In this document: positions 1-10,237 of the stretch, piece by piece
Layout of the letters: each line of letters opens with the position of its first letter
Numbering within the stretch: position 1 is the first letter of the stretch
NCBI GenBank assembly: GCA_964471955.1
Contig: CAYYIK010000001.1
Span: forward strand, 89,912 to 153,911
DNA length: 64,000 nucleotides
Direction: 5' to 3'
DNA from: an uncultured Thermoanaerobaculia bacterium
Lineage (GTDB): Bacteria > Acidobacteriota > Thermoanaerobaculia > Multivoradales > JAGPDF01
The notes under the pieces: generated by a model
Told to the model about the DNA's origin: nothing
What the model saw: only the letters and a program-made list of their open reading frames with translations
Database searches by the model: none
Made by a program: the position numbers and the translations under genes

Positions 1-1250
1 TCGTCGTGGTCGACGAGGAGCAGGACGCGGCCTACAAGCAGGAGATCTCGCCCCGCTACCACGGCCGGGACGTGGCGCTGGTGCGCTGCCGCCAGGCCGG
101 GGCGGTCGCGCTGCTCGCCTCCGCGACTCCCAGTCTGGAGAGCCGGCAGGCGGTCCGCTCCGGACGCCTGCGGCGGCTCGAGCTGCGCGAGCGGGTCGGA
201 CAGGGCCGCCTGCCCGAGGGGATCCTCGTCGACCTGCGCGACGGCAGCGGCGGGCGGCGTCCGGGAGACCGGCTCTTCTCCGAGCGCCTGCTGGACGAAA
301 TCGGCCGGACGCTCGAGGCCGGCGACCAGGTCATCCTGCTGCGCAACCGGCGCGGCTACGCACCGATGCTGCTCTGCCGCGCCTGCGGCGAGGACTTCCG
401 CTGCCCCGACTGCGGGCTGGCGCGGACCTATCACCGGAAGGCGAAGCAGCTCATCTGCCACTATTGCGGCTCCCGGCTCGCGCCCCCGGCCCTCTGCCCG
501 GCCTGTCGGTCGGACGCCCTCGAGCCGATCGGCGCCGGCACCGAACGGGTCGAGGAGGAGCTCGCCCTCCGCTTGCCCGGCACCGTCATCGATGTGCTCG
601 ATCGCGACGCGGCCCGCCGCGTCGGAGGCGCCGCGGCCATCCTCGAGCGCTTCGGCCGCGGCGAGAGCCGGGTTCTGATCGGCACCCAGATGCTGTCGAA
701 GGGGCATCACTTTCCCGGCGTGGCACTGACCGCGGTGCTCTCGGCGGACGACTACCTCGGTTTTCCCGACTTTCGCGCCGTCGAGAGGACCTACGTCCTG
801 CTCACCCAGCTGGCCGGCCGCGCCGGGCGCGGCGACCGCCCGGGGCGGGTCGTGCTGCAGACCTTTCACCCCGACCACTACGCGATCCAGGCGGCCCTTC
901 ACCACGACGACGAGGCGTTCGTCGCGCAGGAGATGCGCTTCCGGGAGCTCTTCGGTTACCCCCCGTTCAGCCGCATGGCGCTCATCCTGTCCCGCGACCG
1001 CCAGCGCGAACGCGCCCTCGGCCGGCTGCGCGAGGTCGCCGCGGTTCTCGAGCGTCGGGCGGCGGCCGACGGCCTGCGGATCACCGGTCCGGCACCGGCC
1101 CCGTTCGAGCGCCTGCGCGGGCTCTGGCGCTTCCAGTGCATCGTGCGCGGCCGGTCGGGCGCGGCCGTGCGTCGGGCGGTGGGGGAGGCGGTCGCCGGGA
1201 GGGCCCCGGGCGAGCTGACCGTGGACATCGATCCCCAGCAGCTGCTCTGA
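1..1250 (+). CDS. priA: Primosomal protein N' (PriA replication-restart helicase), C-terminal part; 5' end lies outside the window
   Basis: ORF 6..1250 is open to the window edge. It has VVDEEQDAAYKQE (helicase DExx region), the Cys-rich zinc module CRACG...CPDCG...CHYCG...CPAC and GTQMLSKGHHFP. Confidence 0.9.
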   Translation, partial: VVVDEEQDAAYKQEISPRYHGRDVALVRCRQAGAVALLASATPSLESRQAVRSGRLRRLELRERVGQGRLPEGILVDLRDGSGGRRPGDRLFSERLLDEIGRTLEAGDQVILLRNRRGYAPMLLCRACGEDFRCPDCGLARTYHRKAKQLICHYCGSRLAPPALCPACRSDALEPIGAGTERVEEELALRLPGTVIDVLDRDAARRVGGAAAILERFGRGESRVLIGTQMLSKGHHFPGVALTAVLSADDYLGFPDFRAVERTYVLLTQLAGRAGRGDRPGRVVLQTFHPDHYAIQAALHHDDEAFVAQEMRFRELFGYPPFSRMALILSRDRQRERALGRLREVAAVLERRAAADGLRITGPAPAPFERLRGLWRFQCIVRGRSGAAVRRAVGEAVAGRAPGELTVDIDPQQLL

Positions 1251-1263
1251 GACCGACCCCGGT

Positions 1264-1293
1264 TTGACCCCTTTTCCGGCCCCCTGTTAAGGT
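1264..1293 (+). promoter_or_regulatory. Putative sigma-70 promoter for accA (TTGACC-N18-TAAGGT with an upstream TGn)
   Basis: TTGACC at 1264-1269, TGtTAAGGT at 1285-1293. The -10 ends 10 nt before the accA ATG and no Shine-Dalgarno is visible, so the leader would be very short. Confidence 0.3.
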
Positions 1294-1303
1294 CGCCGTC
1301 CGC

Positions 1304-2254
1304 ATGTCCTCCGAGTCCGCCTTCGAAGAGCCGCTGATCGAGCTGCGCCGCCGGATCGAGGAGCTCGAGGGCTACCCCGAGGGGAGCGGCCACGAGCGGG
1401 AGATCGCCGGTCTGCGCCGGCAGCTGGCCGAGAAGACCGGCGAGATCTACGGCGGCCTCTCCCGCTGGCAGAAGACCCTCGTCGCCCGCAACGCCGACCG
1501 GCCCTATACCCTCGACTACGTCGAGGCGCTGACCGAGGAGTGGGTCGAGTTGCACGGCGATCGGGCCTTCGCCGACGACGCCGCCATCGTCGCCGGCCTG
1601 GCCCGTTTCCGCGGCCGTTCCGTCGCCGTGATCGGTCACCAGAAGGGGCGCGGAACGAAGGAGCGCATCGCGCGCAACTTCGGCCAGCCGCGGCCGGAGG
1701 GGTATCGCAAGGCGTTGCGCATCCTGCGGCTGGCCGAGCGGTTCGGCCTGCCGGTGCTCACCTTCGTGGACACTCCCGGCGCCTACCCCGGAATCGATGC
1801 CGAAGAGCGGGGTCAGGCCGAAGCGATCGCGCGCAACCTGATCGAGATGGCGGGCCTGCGCGTGCCCATCGTCGTCACGGTCACGGGCGAGGGGGGCAGC
1901 GGCGGAGCCCTCGCGCTCGGCGTCGGCGATCGCGTGCTGATCCTGGAGTACGGCGTCTACTCGGTGATCTCGCCCGAAGGGTGCGCGGCCATCCTGTGGA
2001 AAGACCAGGAGAAGAAGGCGCAGGCCGCCGAGGCGATGAAGGTGACCGCGCCCGACCTCATCGAACTCGGGGTCGTCGACGAGATCGTGCCCGAGCCTCC
2101 GGGCGGCGCTCACACCGACCCGCGCGAGGCGGCGCGACGGGTCGGCGACGCCATCGAGAGATCCCTGGTGGAACTCGAGAAGCTGTCGATCGATCGCCTG
2201 CTGGCAGCACGCTACGCGCGCTTCCGCTCGCTGGGCGTCTTCGAGGGCTCCTGA
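1304..2254 (+). CDS. accA: Acetyl-CoA carboxylase carboxyltransferase subunit alpha
   Basis: 316-aa ORF with family-typical segments: RPYTLDYV, GHQKGR..KE...NFG, RKALR...AERFGLPV.TFVDTPGAYPG..AEERGQAEAIA. Confidence 0.95.
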   Translation: MSSESAFEEPLIELRRRIEELEGYPEGSGHEREIAGLRRQLAEKTGEIYGGLSRWQKTLVARNADRPYTLDYVEALTEEWVELHGDRAFADDAAIVAGLARFRGRSVAVIGHQKGRGTKERIARNFGQPRPEGYRKALRILRLAERFGLPVLTFVDTPGAYPGIDAEERGQAEAIARNLIEMAGLRVPIVVTVTGEGGSGGALALGVGDRVLILEYGVYSVISPEGCAAILWKDQEKKAQAAEAMKVTAPDLIELGVVDEIVPEPPGGAHTDPREAARRVGDAIERSLVELEKLSIDRLLAARYARFRSLGVFEGS

Positions 2255-3957
2255 CCTCCGAACCGCCGGACTGCTGGGTTCCGGCGCCCGTTCCTGCTGC
2301 GGCCGTCGCTCTCGAGGCGGACGGTCTGCCCCGCGTTCAGGCGCGCCTGCTGGCGCAGCGCGGCATCCGCACGCCGGTCGAGGCCCGCCGCTTTCTCGCG
2401 CCGGACCGCGGGCAACTCCACGACGGGCGCGGGCTGCGCGGCCTCGAGGCGGCCGCCGGCCGTCTCGCCGAAGCGTGCCGACGCCGGGAGACCGTCGCGG
2501 TGGTGGGCGACTACGACGTCGACGGCGTCAGCTCGACCGCACTGCTGGTGGCGGTGCTGGCGAGCGGCGGCGCGCGGCCGGAGCCGCTCCTGTCGCGTCG
2601 TCACGAGGAGGGCTACGGCCTGCAGCCCGTGCATGCCGGGCGCGCGGCGGAACTCGGGGCCGGTGTGCTGGTCGCCGTGGATTGCGGCACGAACTCCCGC
2701 GCCGCGGTCGATGCCGCCCGCGCACTCGGCCTCGACCGCATCGTCGTGGATCACCATCTGCCCGATGGCGGTCCGCCGGTCGATGCGCTGCTGGTCAACC
2801 CGCACCAGCCCGGCTGCTCCTACCCCTTCCGCCATCTGGCCGCCGCCGGCCTCTCTTTGAAGCTCTGCGTGGCACTGCTCGAGGCCCTCGGGCGCGAGGT
2901 TCCCTGGGAAGCCCTGCTGCGGATCGCCTGCCTGGGAACGATCGCCGACGTGGCGCCGCTGACCGGCGAGAACCGGGCCATCGCGGCGCTCGGGCTGCGT
3001 GCCCTGGGCACCCCCCGCTCTCCGGGCCTGCAGGCGCTGCTGGTGAGCGCGGGCCTGAAAGCCCCTCTTTCGGCCGCTGACGTCGGCTTTCGCCTCGGGC
3101 CGCGCCTCAACGCTCCCGGACGGCTCGCCACCGCCGACGTGGCGCTCGAACTCCTGCTCGCCCGTGATCCGGTCCGGGCCCGGCAGCTCGCGGCGGAGCT
3201 CGAGGACTGGAATCGCCGCCGCCAGACGCTCGAGCTGCGGGTGATCGAAGAGGCGCGGCGGATGCTCGACGGGCGCGATGAGGTCCGGCTCGCAGTGGCC
3301 CGGGGAGAAGGCTGGAATCGCGGCGTGGTCGGCATCGCCGCGGCGCGACTGGTACGCGAACTCGGGCGGCCGGTCATCCTTCTCGCCGTCGAAGGGGAGA
3401 CGTCGACCGGCTCGGGGCGCAGCGCGCGCGGCATCGACCTGCACCGGTTCCTCACCCCCTGGAGCGACCGGCTCGAGCGCTTCGGCGGGCACGCCGCGGC
3501 GGTCGGACTGACGGTGCGCACCGCGGACCTCGCCAGGCTCGAGAGCGAGTGGGTGGCCGCCGCCGCGGACTGGCCCGCCGAATCGGGGGAGCGGGAGATC
3601 CGTTACGACCTCGAAATCGAGTCGCGGGAGCTGGGCCTCCCGCTGCTCGGCCAGATCGAAGCGCTCGCCCCGTTCGGCGCCGGCAACGAGGAGCCCCTGT
3701 TGCGCACGGGACCGTTGCGTGCCGTGGCGCCACCCCGTCGTTTCGGGTCGGGACATGCTTCCCTGATGGCGACCGCGGACACGTCGGCGGGCGGGGAGTC
3801 CGCTGCGCTCGAGCTGGTGGGCTGGGGCTGGGGGAGCCGGCTCGACTCCCCGCCAGGCCGCTTCGAGGCGCTCGTCCGCCTCGAGCGCGATCGCTGGCGC
3901 GGCGGCCTGCGCGGACGGCTGGAAGATCTGCGTCCGCTGCCCGGCGGCGCACAATAG
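2251..3957 (+). CDS. recJ: Single-stranded-DNA-specific exonuclease RecJ (start uncertain; proposed CTG in a CTGA overlap with the accA stop)
   Basis: DHH motifs VVGDYDVDGVSS, VDCG, VVDHH and GGHAAAVG. There is no in-frame ATG/GTG/TTG between 1996 and the conserved VGDYDVDG block, so the listed ORF start at 1540 is an artefact. Confidence 0.8.
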   Translation: MTSEPPDCWVPAPVPAAAVALEADGLPRVQARLLAQRGIRTPVEARRFLAPDRGQLHDGRGLRGLEAAAGRLAEACRRRETVAVVGDYDVDGVSSTALLVAVLASGGARPEPLLSRRHEEGYGLQPVHAGRAAELGAGVLVAVDCGTNSRAAVDAARALGLDRIVVDHHLPDGGPPVDALLVNPHQPGCSYPFRHLAAAGLSLKLCVALLEALGREVPWEALLRIACLGTIADVAPLTGENRAIAALGLRALGTPRSPGLQALLVSAGLKAPLSAADVGFRLGPRLNAPGRLATADVALELLLARDPVRARQLAAELEDWNRRRQTLELRVIEEARRMLDGRDEVRLAVARGEGWNRGVVGIAAARLVRELGRPVILLAVEGETSTGSGRSARGIDLHRFLTPWSDRLERFGGHAAAVGLTVRTADLARLESEWVAAAADWPAESGEREIRYDLEIESRELGLPLLGQIEALAPFGAGNEEPLLRTGPLRAVAPPRRFGSGHASLMATADTSAGGESAALELVGWGWGSRLDSPPGRFEALVRLERDRWRGGLRGRLEDLRPLPGGAQ

Positions 3958-3967
3958 AATCGCGTCG

Positions 3968-5950
3968 ATGACCGCCGCGCCCGCCCGCCGCCAGCCCTTC
4001 CGGCGCCTGCGCCTCTTGCTGCTCGCCCTGGCCGTCGTGGTGGTGGCGGGGGTCGGCATGCTCTACCTGGTCGGCCGCCGGGCCCAGCCTCCGGCCCGGC
4101 CGGTCGCCGGGGAGGATCCCCTGGCCGCGGCGGACGACGCGCTGGCATTCAGCGAGGGTTTCGAGTTCGAGCAGCGGATCGGCGAGCGCAGCGCCTTCCG
4201 CCTGTCGGGAGACCGATTCGTGCGGGGGAGGGACGAGACGGTCTCCCTCGAAGGGGTTGCGGTCGAGCTCACCCGCGAGGACGGCAGCAGCTACCGGATC
4301 GAGAGTCGCGACGCGACGTGGAATCCGGGCAGCCGGGAGGCGCAATTGACGGGCGAAGTCCGTCTCTCCGGGCCGCGCGAGTTTCACCTCGAGTCCGAGC
4401 AGCTCGACCTCGTCGACGGGGGGCGGCGCGTCGTCTCGCGCGGGCCGGTCCGGCTCGGCCTCGGTACCCGATTCGGCGGGCGAGCCACCGGCCTGCGCTT
4501 CGATACACGGGCCGAACGGCTGCACCTGCAGGGGAGGGTACGGCTGGCGGGATCGGTCGGCGAGGCGGGCGGACGCCTGTCGATCGAAGCGGCGAGCCTG
4601 CTGCTGGACCGACCGAGTCGCAAGGTGCGCGCCTCCGGGCGCGTCGAACTCGACGCGGACGGAGATCGGCTGCGTACCGAGTGGCTCGAGCTCACCTTCG
4701 ACGCGGCCGAGCGCGATCCGGTGAGCGCTCTGGCGCGCGGCGGCGTCGCCGGCGGACTGGCCGCCCGCGGCGAGGCCCACTCGGGCGGCGACCGAATCCG
4801 CTACGAGGCGGCGAGGGCGCGGCTCGAATTCGCCGGCTCGCCGGCCCGGCCGGCGACGCTCGAGCTGCGCGGAGCGGACGGCGTGCCGGCCCGCCTGCAG
4901 ATGCCGGGTGACGCCGGCACGTCGCGCTCCCTGGTCGCGCCGACCCTGCTGGCGACTTTCGACGAGAGCGGGAGGCCGGTCGCCGCGGCGGCCACCGGCG
5001 GCGTGCTGCTGCGCGAGCAGGGGGCGCCCGAGGGCCGGCGCGAGGCGCGCGGAAGCGAGGCCACGGCGGGCTTCGACCCGCTCGGCGGGCTGCAGCAGAT
5101 CACGCTCACCGGAGAGGTGAGCCTCAGCCAGGGAGAGACGACGGCGACCGGAGCGCGCGTCGAGTTCGCGGCCGGATCGTCGACCGGCACGCTGTTCGGC
5201 TCCGGCGGCAGGCCGGCCGAAGTGCGCAGCGCGCGCGGCACGCTGCGCGCGCCGCGTCTCGAGTTCGACCAGCGGGCGGGGAGCGTGCGGGCCGCCGGCG
5301 GCGTGCACGGGGTACTCGACGATGCCGGCTCCGGCGTGCAGATCGGGCCGACGAGCTCCGGTCAGCGGGAACCCATTCGCGTTCAGGCGCGCGAGGCGAG
5401 CTGGGACGATCCCCGGCGCGCCTGGTCGTTCGCCGGGGAGGTCCAGGCCGTGCAGGGGGAGACGCTCCTGTTCGCCGATCTGCTGAGCGGCTCGGAAAGC
5501 GAGCAGGCCGCCTCCGCGAGCGGCCACGTGCGCACCATCTGGCGCGAGCCGGCGACCTCCGATACGCCGCAGCCGCAACCCACAACAGTCTCCGCATCCC
5601 GCCTCGACTACCGGCGGGCGGCGGGGCAGCTGGACTACGAAGGTTCCGTGGTGGCGCGGCAGGGGGACCGGGAGCTGGCCGCGGATCGGGTACGCGTCGA
5701 GCTCGACCCGGACAACCAGGCCCGGCGGCTGGAGGCGACCGGAGCGGTCCGCCTGTCGGACCGCGGCTCGGGACGGACGATCACCGGCGAGCGCGCCGAG
5801 CACGACTTCGAGGCCCGCCGCATCCTGGTTCTCGGCGAGCCGGTGATCCTGCTCGAGCCCGGGGGTGCCCGGGTCCGCGGGCGGCGGCTGCTCTACGATG
5901 TCGCCGCGGGCACGGCGCGCATGCTCGCCGACGACGAGGAGGTTCCTTGA
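3968..5950 (+). CDS. Membrane-anchored OstA/LptA-repeat protein occupying the lptC+lptA position (LptC/LptA-like fusion)
   Basis: N-terminal TM anchor ([22 protein letters not shown]), then a long beta-rich G/R/E/V repeat architecture. It lies directly upstream of lptB with a TTGA overlap, in the canonical lptC-lptA-lptB-rpoN-hpf-ptsN context. Confidence 0.65.
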   Translation: MTAAPARRQPFRRLRLLLLALAVVVVAGVGMLYLVGRRAQPPARPVAGEDPLAAADDALAFSEGFEFEQRIGERSAFRLSGDRFVRGRDETVSLEGVAVELTREDGSSYRIESRDATWNPGSREAQLTGEVRLSGPREFHLESEQLDLVDGGRRVVSRGPVRLGLGTRFGGRATGLRFDTRAERLHLQGRVRLAGSVGEAGGRLSIEAASLLLDRPSRKVRASGRVELDADGDRLRTEWLELTFDAAERDPVSALARGGVAGGLAARGEAHSGGDRIRYEAARARLEFAGSPARPATLELRGADGVPARLQMPGDAGTSRSLVAPTLLATFDESGRPVAAAATGGVLLREQGAPEGRREARGSEATAGFDPLGGLQQITLTGEVSLSQGETTATGARVEFAAGSSTGTLFGSGGRPAEVRSARGTLRAPRLEFDQRAGSVRAAGGVHGVLDDAGSGVQIGPTSSGQREPIRVQAREASWDDPRRAWSFAGEVQAVQGETLLFADLLSGSESEQAASASGHVRTIWREPATSDTPQPQPTTVSASRLDYRRAAGQLDYEGSVVARQGDRELAADRVRVELDPDNQARRLEATGAVRLSDRGSGRTITGERAEHDFEARRILVLGEPVILLEPGGARVRGRRLLYDVAAGTARMLADDEEVP

Positions 5951-6684
5951 GCACCGGAGCGACACCGACCCTGCGCGCTCACGATCTGAAGAAGGTTTAC
6001 GGAGGTCGCGCGGTCGTCTCCGGCGTTTCGGTGGAGATCCGCCCCGGTGAGATCGTCGGTCTGCTGGGGCCGAACGGTGCCGGCAAGACGACGACGTTCT
6101 ACATGGTCGTCGGCCTGGTGCCTCCGGACGGCGGCAGCGTCCACCTCGGCAGCGAAGACATCACCGGCCTGCCCATGTATCAGCGCGCGCAGCGCGGCAT
6201 CAGCTACCTTCCCCAGGAGCCTTCCGTCTTTCGCAAGCTCTCGGTCGAGGACAATTTGCGGGCGATCTTCGAGACGCTGGACCTCTCGCACGGCGAGCAG
6301 GAACGGCGCATCGATCGGCTGATCGAGGACTTCAAGCTCACGCGGGTCCGCAAGAGCCAGGGATACATGCTTTCCGGCGGCGAGCGTCGCAGGGTGGAGA
6401 TCGCCCGCTCGCTGGCGATCAGCCCGTCGTTCGTGCTGCTCGACGAGCCTTTCGCCGGCATCGATCCGATCGCGGTGCTCGACATTCAAGGTATCATCCG
6501 GCACCTCAGGGAGATGGGAATCGGCGTTCTGATCACCGACCACAACGTGCGCGAAACGCTCAAGATCACGAGCCGCGCCTACATCATCAACAACGGCGAG
6601 ATTCTGCGCGCCGGATCGCCGGAAGAGTTGTCCTCCGATCCCAAGGTGCGCAAGATCTATCTCGGCGAAGAATTCAGTCTCTGA
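5947..6684 (+). CDS. lptB: LPS export ABC transporter ATP-binding protein LptB
   Basis: Walker [12 protein letters not shown], signature [13 protein letters not shown], Walker [14 protein letters not shown]-loop [10 protein letters not shown]. Sits upstream of rpoN. Confidence 0.95.
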   Translation: MSTGATPTLRAHDLKKVYGGRAVVSGVSVEIRPGEIVGLLGPNGAGKTTTFYMVVGLVPPDGGSVHLGSEDITGLPMYQRAQRGISYLPQEPSVFRKLSVEDNLRAIFETLDLSHGEQERRIDRLIEDFKLTRVRKSQGYMLSGGERRRVEIARSLAISPSFVLLDEPFAGIDPIAVLDIQGIIRHLREMGIGVLITDHNVRETLKITSRAYIINNGEILRAGSPEELSSDPKVRKIYLGEEFSL

Positions 6685-6699
6685 GGCCGGACCTGCCGC

Positions 6700-8190
6700 A
6701 TGGCGCTGGAACAGAAACTCTCGCTCAAGCTCTCGCAGCGGCTGGTGATGACGCCGTCGCTGCAGCAGGCGATCAAGTTGCTCCAGATGACGCGTCTGGA
6801 GCTCGAGACGACGGTCGCCCAGGAGCTCGAGGCGAACCCGGTGCTCGAGGAGATCGAGGAGACCGCCGAGGAAGAGGAAGAGACCCTCGCCGCAGCCGGC
6901 GCCGAGCCGGAGCCGGCCGCTTCGCCCGAACCCGAGGTCACGCCGGAGATCGAGGCGGGCCCGAAGAGCACGCTCGAGGAGACCGGACTCGACGCCTGGC
7001 TGCAGGACGACTGGGGAGACGAGGGCTGGTCCGGAACCGCCGGCGAGTGGGAGGAGCGCGAAGCACCCCCGCTGGAGAACACCCTGGCGCGCGAGCCCGA
7101 CCTCTACGACCACCTGTTGTGGCAGATCCACATGTCCGACTTCACGCCGCGCGAGCGCAGCATCGCCGAGGCGATCGTCGGCAATCTCGATCCGGACGGC
7201 TTCCTCGTCGCCTCGAGCGAGGAGATCCGCCGGGCCGGCGGGGAGGGCGAGGACGCCTGGACCCCGGAAGAGGTCGAAGCCGTGCTCGAGCGGGTGCGTC
7301 AGCTGGACCCGCCCGGGATCGCCTGCCCGACCCTGCGCGAGAGTCTCCTGCGGCAGCTCGACATGCGGGGCGAAGCAGCCGACTCGGCGGCGCGGCAGAT
7401 CCTCGACGAGCACTGGGACGCCTTCCTGCGGCGGGCGTATCCGGCAATCGCCAAGGCGCTCGGCATGCAGCTCGCCGAGCTCGAGCCGGTCATCGAGACG
7501 ATTCGCACCCTGCAGACGAGGCCCGGCCGGGCTTTCGGACGGGACCGTCCGGTCTACGTCGAGCCCGACGTCCACGTCATCAAGGTCGGCGACGAGTACG
7601 TCATTCAGCTGAACGACGACGGACTGCCACGCCTGCGCGTCAGCCGCGCCTACCGCCGCATGCTGCAGCAGATGCGCACCGAAGGGCGGCAGGGCGAGGC
7701 GGCGCAGTACATCACCGACAAGATGCGATCGGCGGTCTGGCTGATCAAGAGCCTGGACCAGCGCCAGCGCACGATCTACAAGGTCGCCGAGTCCATCGTC
7801 CGCCAGCAGCGGGACTTCCTGGATCGCGGCGTCGACTTCCTCCGTCCCATGGTCCTGCGGGACGTCGCGGAAGACATCGGGATGCACGAGTCCACGGTCT
7901 CGCGCGTGGTGTCGAACAAGTACGTGCACACTCCGCGCGGACTGCTGCCGTTCAAGTTCTTCTTTCACAGCGGCATCGACCGTGACTACGGCGAGGACAT
8001 CTCCTCGTTGTCGGTCAAGCGGAAGATCAAGCAGCTCATCGACGACGAGGACCCGCGGCATCCGCTCTCGGACAGCGAGCTGATGCGGATCCTCAACCGG
8101 GAGGGAATCCAGATCGCCCGCCGCACCGTCGCCAAGTATCGCGACGAGCTCAACATCCCCTCGTCCGCCGACCGCCGGAAGGTCTTCTGA
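6700..8190 (+). CDS. rpoN: RNA polymerase sigma-54 factor
   Basis: Region I MALEQKLSLKLSQRLVMTPSLQQAIKLLQ, an acidic region II and a C-terminal RpoN box ARRTVAKYRDEL. Confidence 0.97.
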   Translation: MALEQKLSLKLSQRLVMTPSLQQAIKLLQMTRLELETTVAQELEANPVLEEIEETAEEEEETLAAAGAEPEPAASPEPEVTPEIEAGPKSTLEETGLDAWLQDDWGDEGWSGTAGEWEEREAPPLENTLAREPDLYDHLLWQIHMSDFTPRERSIAEAIVGNLDPDGFLVASSEEIRRAGGEGEDAWTPEEVEAVLERVRQLDPPGIACPTLRESLLRQLDMRGEAADSAARQILDEHWDAFLRRAYPAIAKALGMQLAELEPVIETIRTLQTRPGRAFGRDRPVYVEPDVHVIKVGDEYVIQLNDDGLPRLRVSRAYRRMLQQMRTEGRQGEAAQYITDKMRSAVWLIKSLDQRQRTIYKVAESIVRQQRDFLDRGVDFLRPMVLRDVAEDIGMHESTVSRVVSNKYVHTPRGLLPFKFFFHSGIDRDYGEDISSLSVKRKIKQLIDDEDPRHPLSDSELMRILNREGIQIARRTVAKYRDELNIPSSADRRKVF

Positions 8191-8218
8191 ACGCCGCTCG
8201 AGGTCAGAAAGGATCGCC

Positions 8219-8770
8219 ATGAACATCGAGTTCGTCGGCCGCCACGTAGAGATCGACGACGACATCCGTTCCCAGGTCGCCACGCGCCTCGATCGGGTCC
8301 TGCGATTTCTGATGGAGCCGATCGAGATCCGGGTCGCGCTGGAGGAGGAGAAGTTCCGGCAGATCGTCGAGATCCACGTCTCGCATCGGCACGGCAGCCT
8401 GCACGCCCGCGAGGAGAACAGCCAGCTCTCCGAGGCGATCGGGCTGGCGGTGGAACATCTCGAGCGCCAGGCGCGACGACTGCGCAAGCGCGCCGTCGAT
8501 CGCCGCCGGCGGGCGGGGCGCGAGACCGCGAGCGGCAGGCGCTGGCCGGTGGAAGTGCTCACGGCGGGCAGCGTCGCCCCGGGTGGCGTTCGCGAGGTCG
8601 TGCGGACCTCGCACCTCGACGTCGAGCCGATGACGCTCGACGAAGCGGCCCGGCGGCTGGAGGGCTCGCGCAACGACTTCGTGGTCTTCGTCGACGCCGA
8701 CAGCGCCCGGGTCAACGTGCTCTACCGGCGCCGCGACGAGCACTTCGGCCTCATCTCCCCGGAGGGCTGA
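8219..8770 (+). CDS. hpf: Ribosome hibernation-promoting factor (long HPF)
   Basis: 183 aa. N-terminal sigma-54-modulation/YfiA-like domain plus a C-terminal domain (MTLDEAA..L....FVVF.....RVNVLYRR.D..FGLI). Sits downstream of rpoN. Confidence 0.9.
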   Translation: MNIEFVGRHVEIDDDIRSQVATRLDRVLRFLMEPIEIRVALEEEKFRQIVEIHVSHRHGSLHAREENSQLSEAIGLAVEHLERQARRLRKRAVDRRRRAGRETASGRRWPVEVLTAGSVAPGGVREVVRTSHLDVEPMTLDEAARRLEGSRNDFVVFVDADSARVNVLYRRRDEHFGLISPEG

Positions 8771-9253
8771 TTGACCAGTTCGGCGGGCCGCGGTCTGTCC
8801 GGTTTGAGCGCTCCCGACCTCGTCTTTCCCGGGCTGAGCGATCTCGACCGGCAGGCCGTCCTCAGGCGGCTGGCGGCGGGAATCGCGGCGGTGCTCGGCG
8901 ACCTCGCCGACGCCGCGACGCTGTCGCGCGGCTTCACCGAACGCGAGGCGCTGGGCTCGACGGCGCTGGGAGCCGGGATCGCGGTGCCGCACTGCCGGAT
9001 CGCCGGACTCGATCGTCCACGAATCGCCATCGGCCTGCACCCGGAGGGCATCGACTTCGGGGCGGCCGATGGCCGGCCGGTGAGAATATTCTTCGCGGTC
9101 GTGTCGCCCGCCGGATCGCCCGCCGAGCATCTGCGTATTCTGGCGTCGATCTCGCGGTGGGCCCGGGATCCCGCCCGGATCGAGGCCCTGGTCGGCGCGA
9201 GGTCGGCGGAAGAGGCGCTCGCCACGCTGAACGCGGGCGGAACGGAGGGGTGA
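8771..9253 (+). CDS. ptsN: PTS EIIA-Ntr (nitrogen-regulatory IIA protein)
   Basis: EREALGSTALGAGIAVPHCRI phospho-His motif; canonical position after hpf. TTG start immediately after the hpf stop. Confidence 0.85.
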   Translation: MTSSAGRGLSGLSAPDLVFPGLSDLDRQAVLRRLAAGIAAVLGDLADAATLSRGFTEREALGSTALGAGIAVPHCRIAGLDRPRIAIGLHPEGIDFGAADGRPVRIFFAVVSPAGSPAEHLRILASISRWARDPARIEALVGARSAEEALATLNAGGTEG

Positions 9254-9256
9254 GGC

Positions 9257-10237
9257 ATGGGTGATGCGAGCGACGCCGCGAAGAACACCCCCGGGGTACC
9301 GGTCAGCGCACTCCTCGGCGCGGAGCTCGACGACCTCGAACTCACCGTGCTCAGCGGCGAAAGCCACCTCGACAACGTGATCAGTCATCCCAGGGTGCAG
9401 AAGCCCGGTCTGGCGTTCGCCGGTTATTACCCGTACATCAAGGCGGGGAGGGTCCAGATCGTGGGCGAGAGCGAGCTCGCCTACCTCCGAACGCTGCCTG
9501 ACGACGAGCGTCGCGAGCGCTGCCGGCGCGTCGCGGAACTGCCGATCCCGGTAATCGTGGTCACCAAGGGACTGGCGCCGATCCCCGAGTTGCTGGAGGA
9601 GTGCCGCACCCGCCAGGTTCCGGTGCTCGCCTCGACCGCCATGTCCTCGGTCGTGATCAAACGGATCAGCTACTTTCTCGAGGATCATCTCGTTCCGTCG
9701 ACGCGCATCCACGGCACGTTGCTCGATGTCTACGGACTCGGCGTCGTGTTGATCGGATCGAGCGGTGTCGGCAAGAGCGAGGCCGCGCTCGATCTGATCA
9801 CCCGCGGGCACAGCCTGGTCGCCGACGATCGCGTTTCGATCAAGCGGTTTCCGAACGGCGAACTGATCGGCTCCTCGGAGGAACCGCTCAAGCATCACAT
9901 GGAACTTCGCGGCCTCGGCATCGTCAACGTCAAGGACCTGTTCGGACTGGCCGCCGTGCGGGATCGCAAGCCGATCGATCTGGTGATCGAGATGGAGCCC
10001 TGGCAGGAGGGAAAGGCCTACGATCGCCTCGGGCTCGACGAGACTGTGTACCAGATCCTCGATACGCCTTGCCCGTACATCCGCCTGCCGGTCGCGCTGG
10101 GACGCAACCTCGCGAACATGGTCGAGATCGCGGCGCGCAATCACGTCCTGAAGCTTCAGGGTACCCATTCGGCGCGCGAATTCGCGCGCAAACTCGAGGA
10201 GCAACTTGAGCGGAACCGCAAGGGAAAGTCCCGCTAG
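9257..10237 (+). CDS. hprK: HPr kinase/phosphorylase
   Basis: P-loop GSSGVGKSEAALDLI, LVADD and MELRGLGI motifs. Confidence 0.93.
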   Translation: MGDASDAAKNTPGVPVSALLGAELDDLELTVLSGESHLDNVISHPRVQKPGLAFAGYYPYIKAGRVQIVGESELAYLRTLPDDERRERCRRVAELPIPVIVVTKGLAPIPELLEECRTRQVPVLASTAMSSVVIKRISYFLEDHLVPSTRIHGTLLDVYGLGVVLIGSSGVGKSEAALDLITRGHSLVADDRVSIKRFPNGELIGSSEEPLKHHMELRGLGIVNVKDLFGLAAVRDRKPIDLVIEMEPWQEGKAYDRLGLDETVYQILDTPCPYIRLPVALGRNLANMVEIAARNHVLKLQGTHSAREFARKLEEQLERNRKGKSR

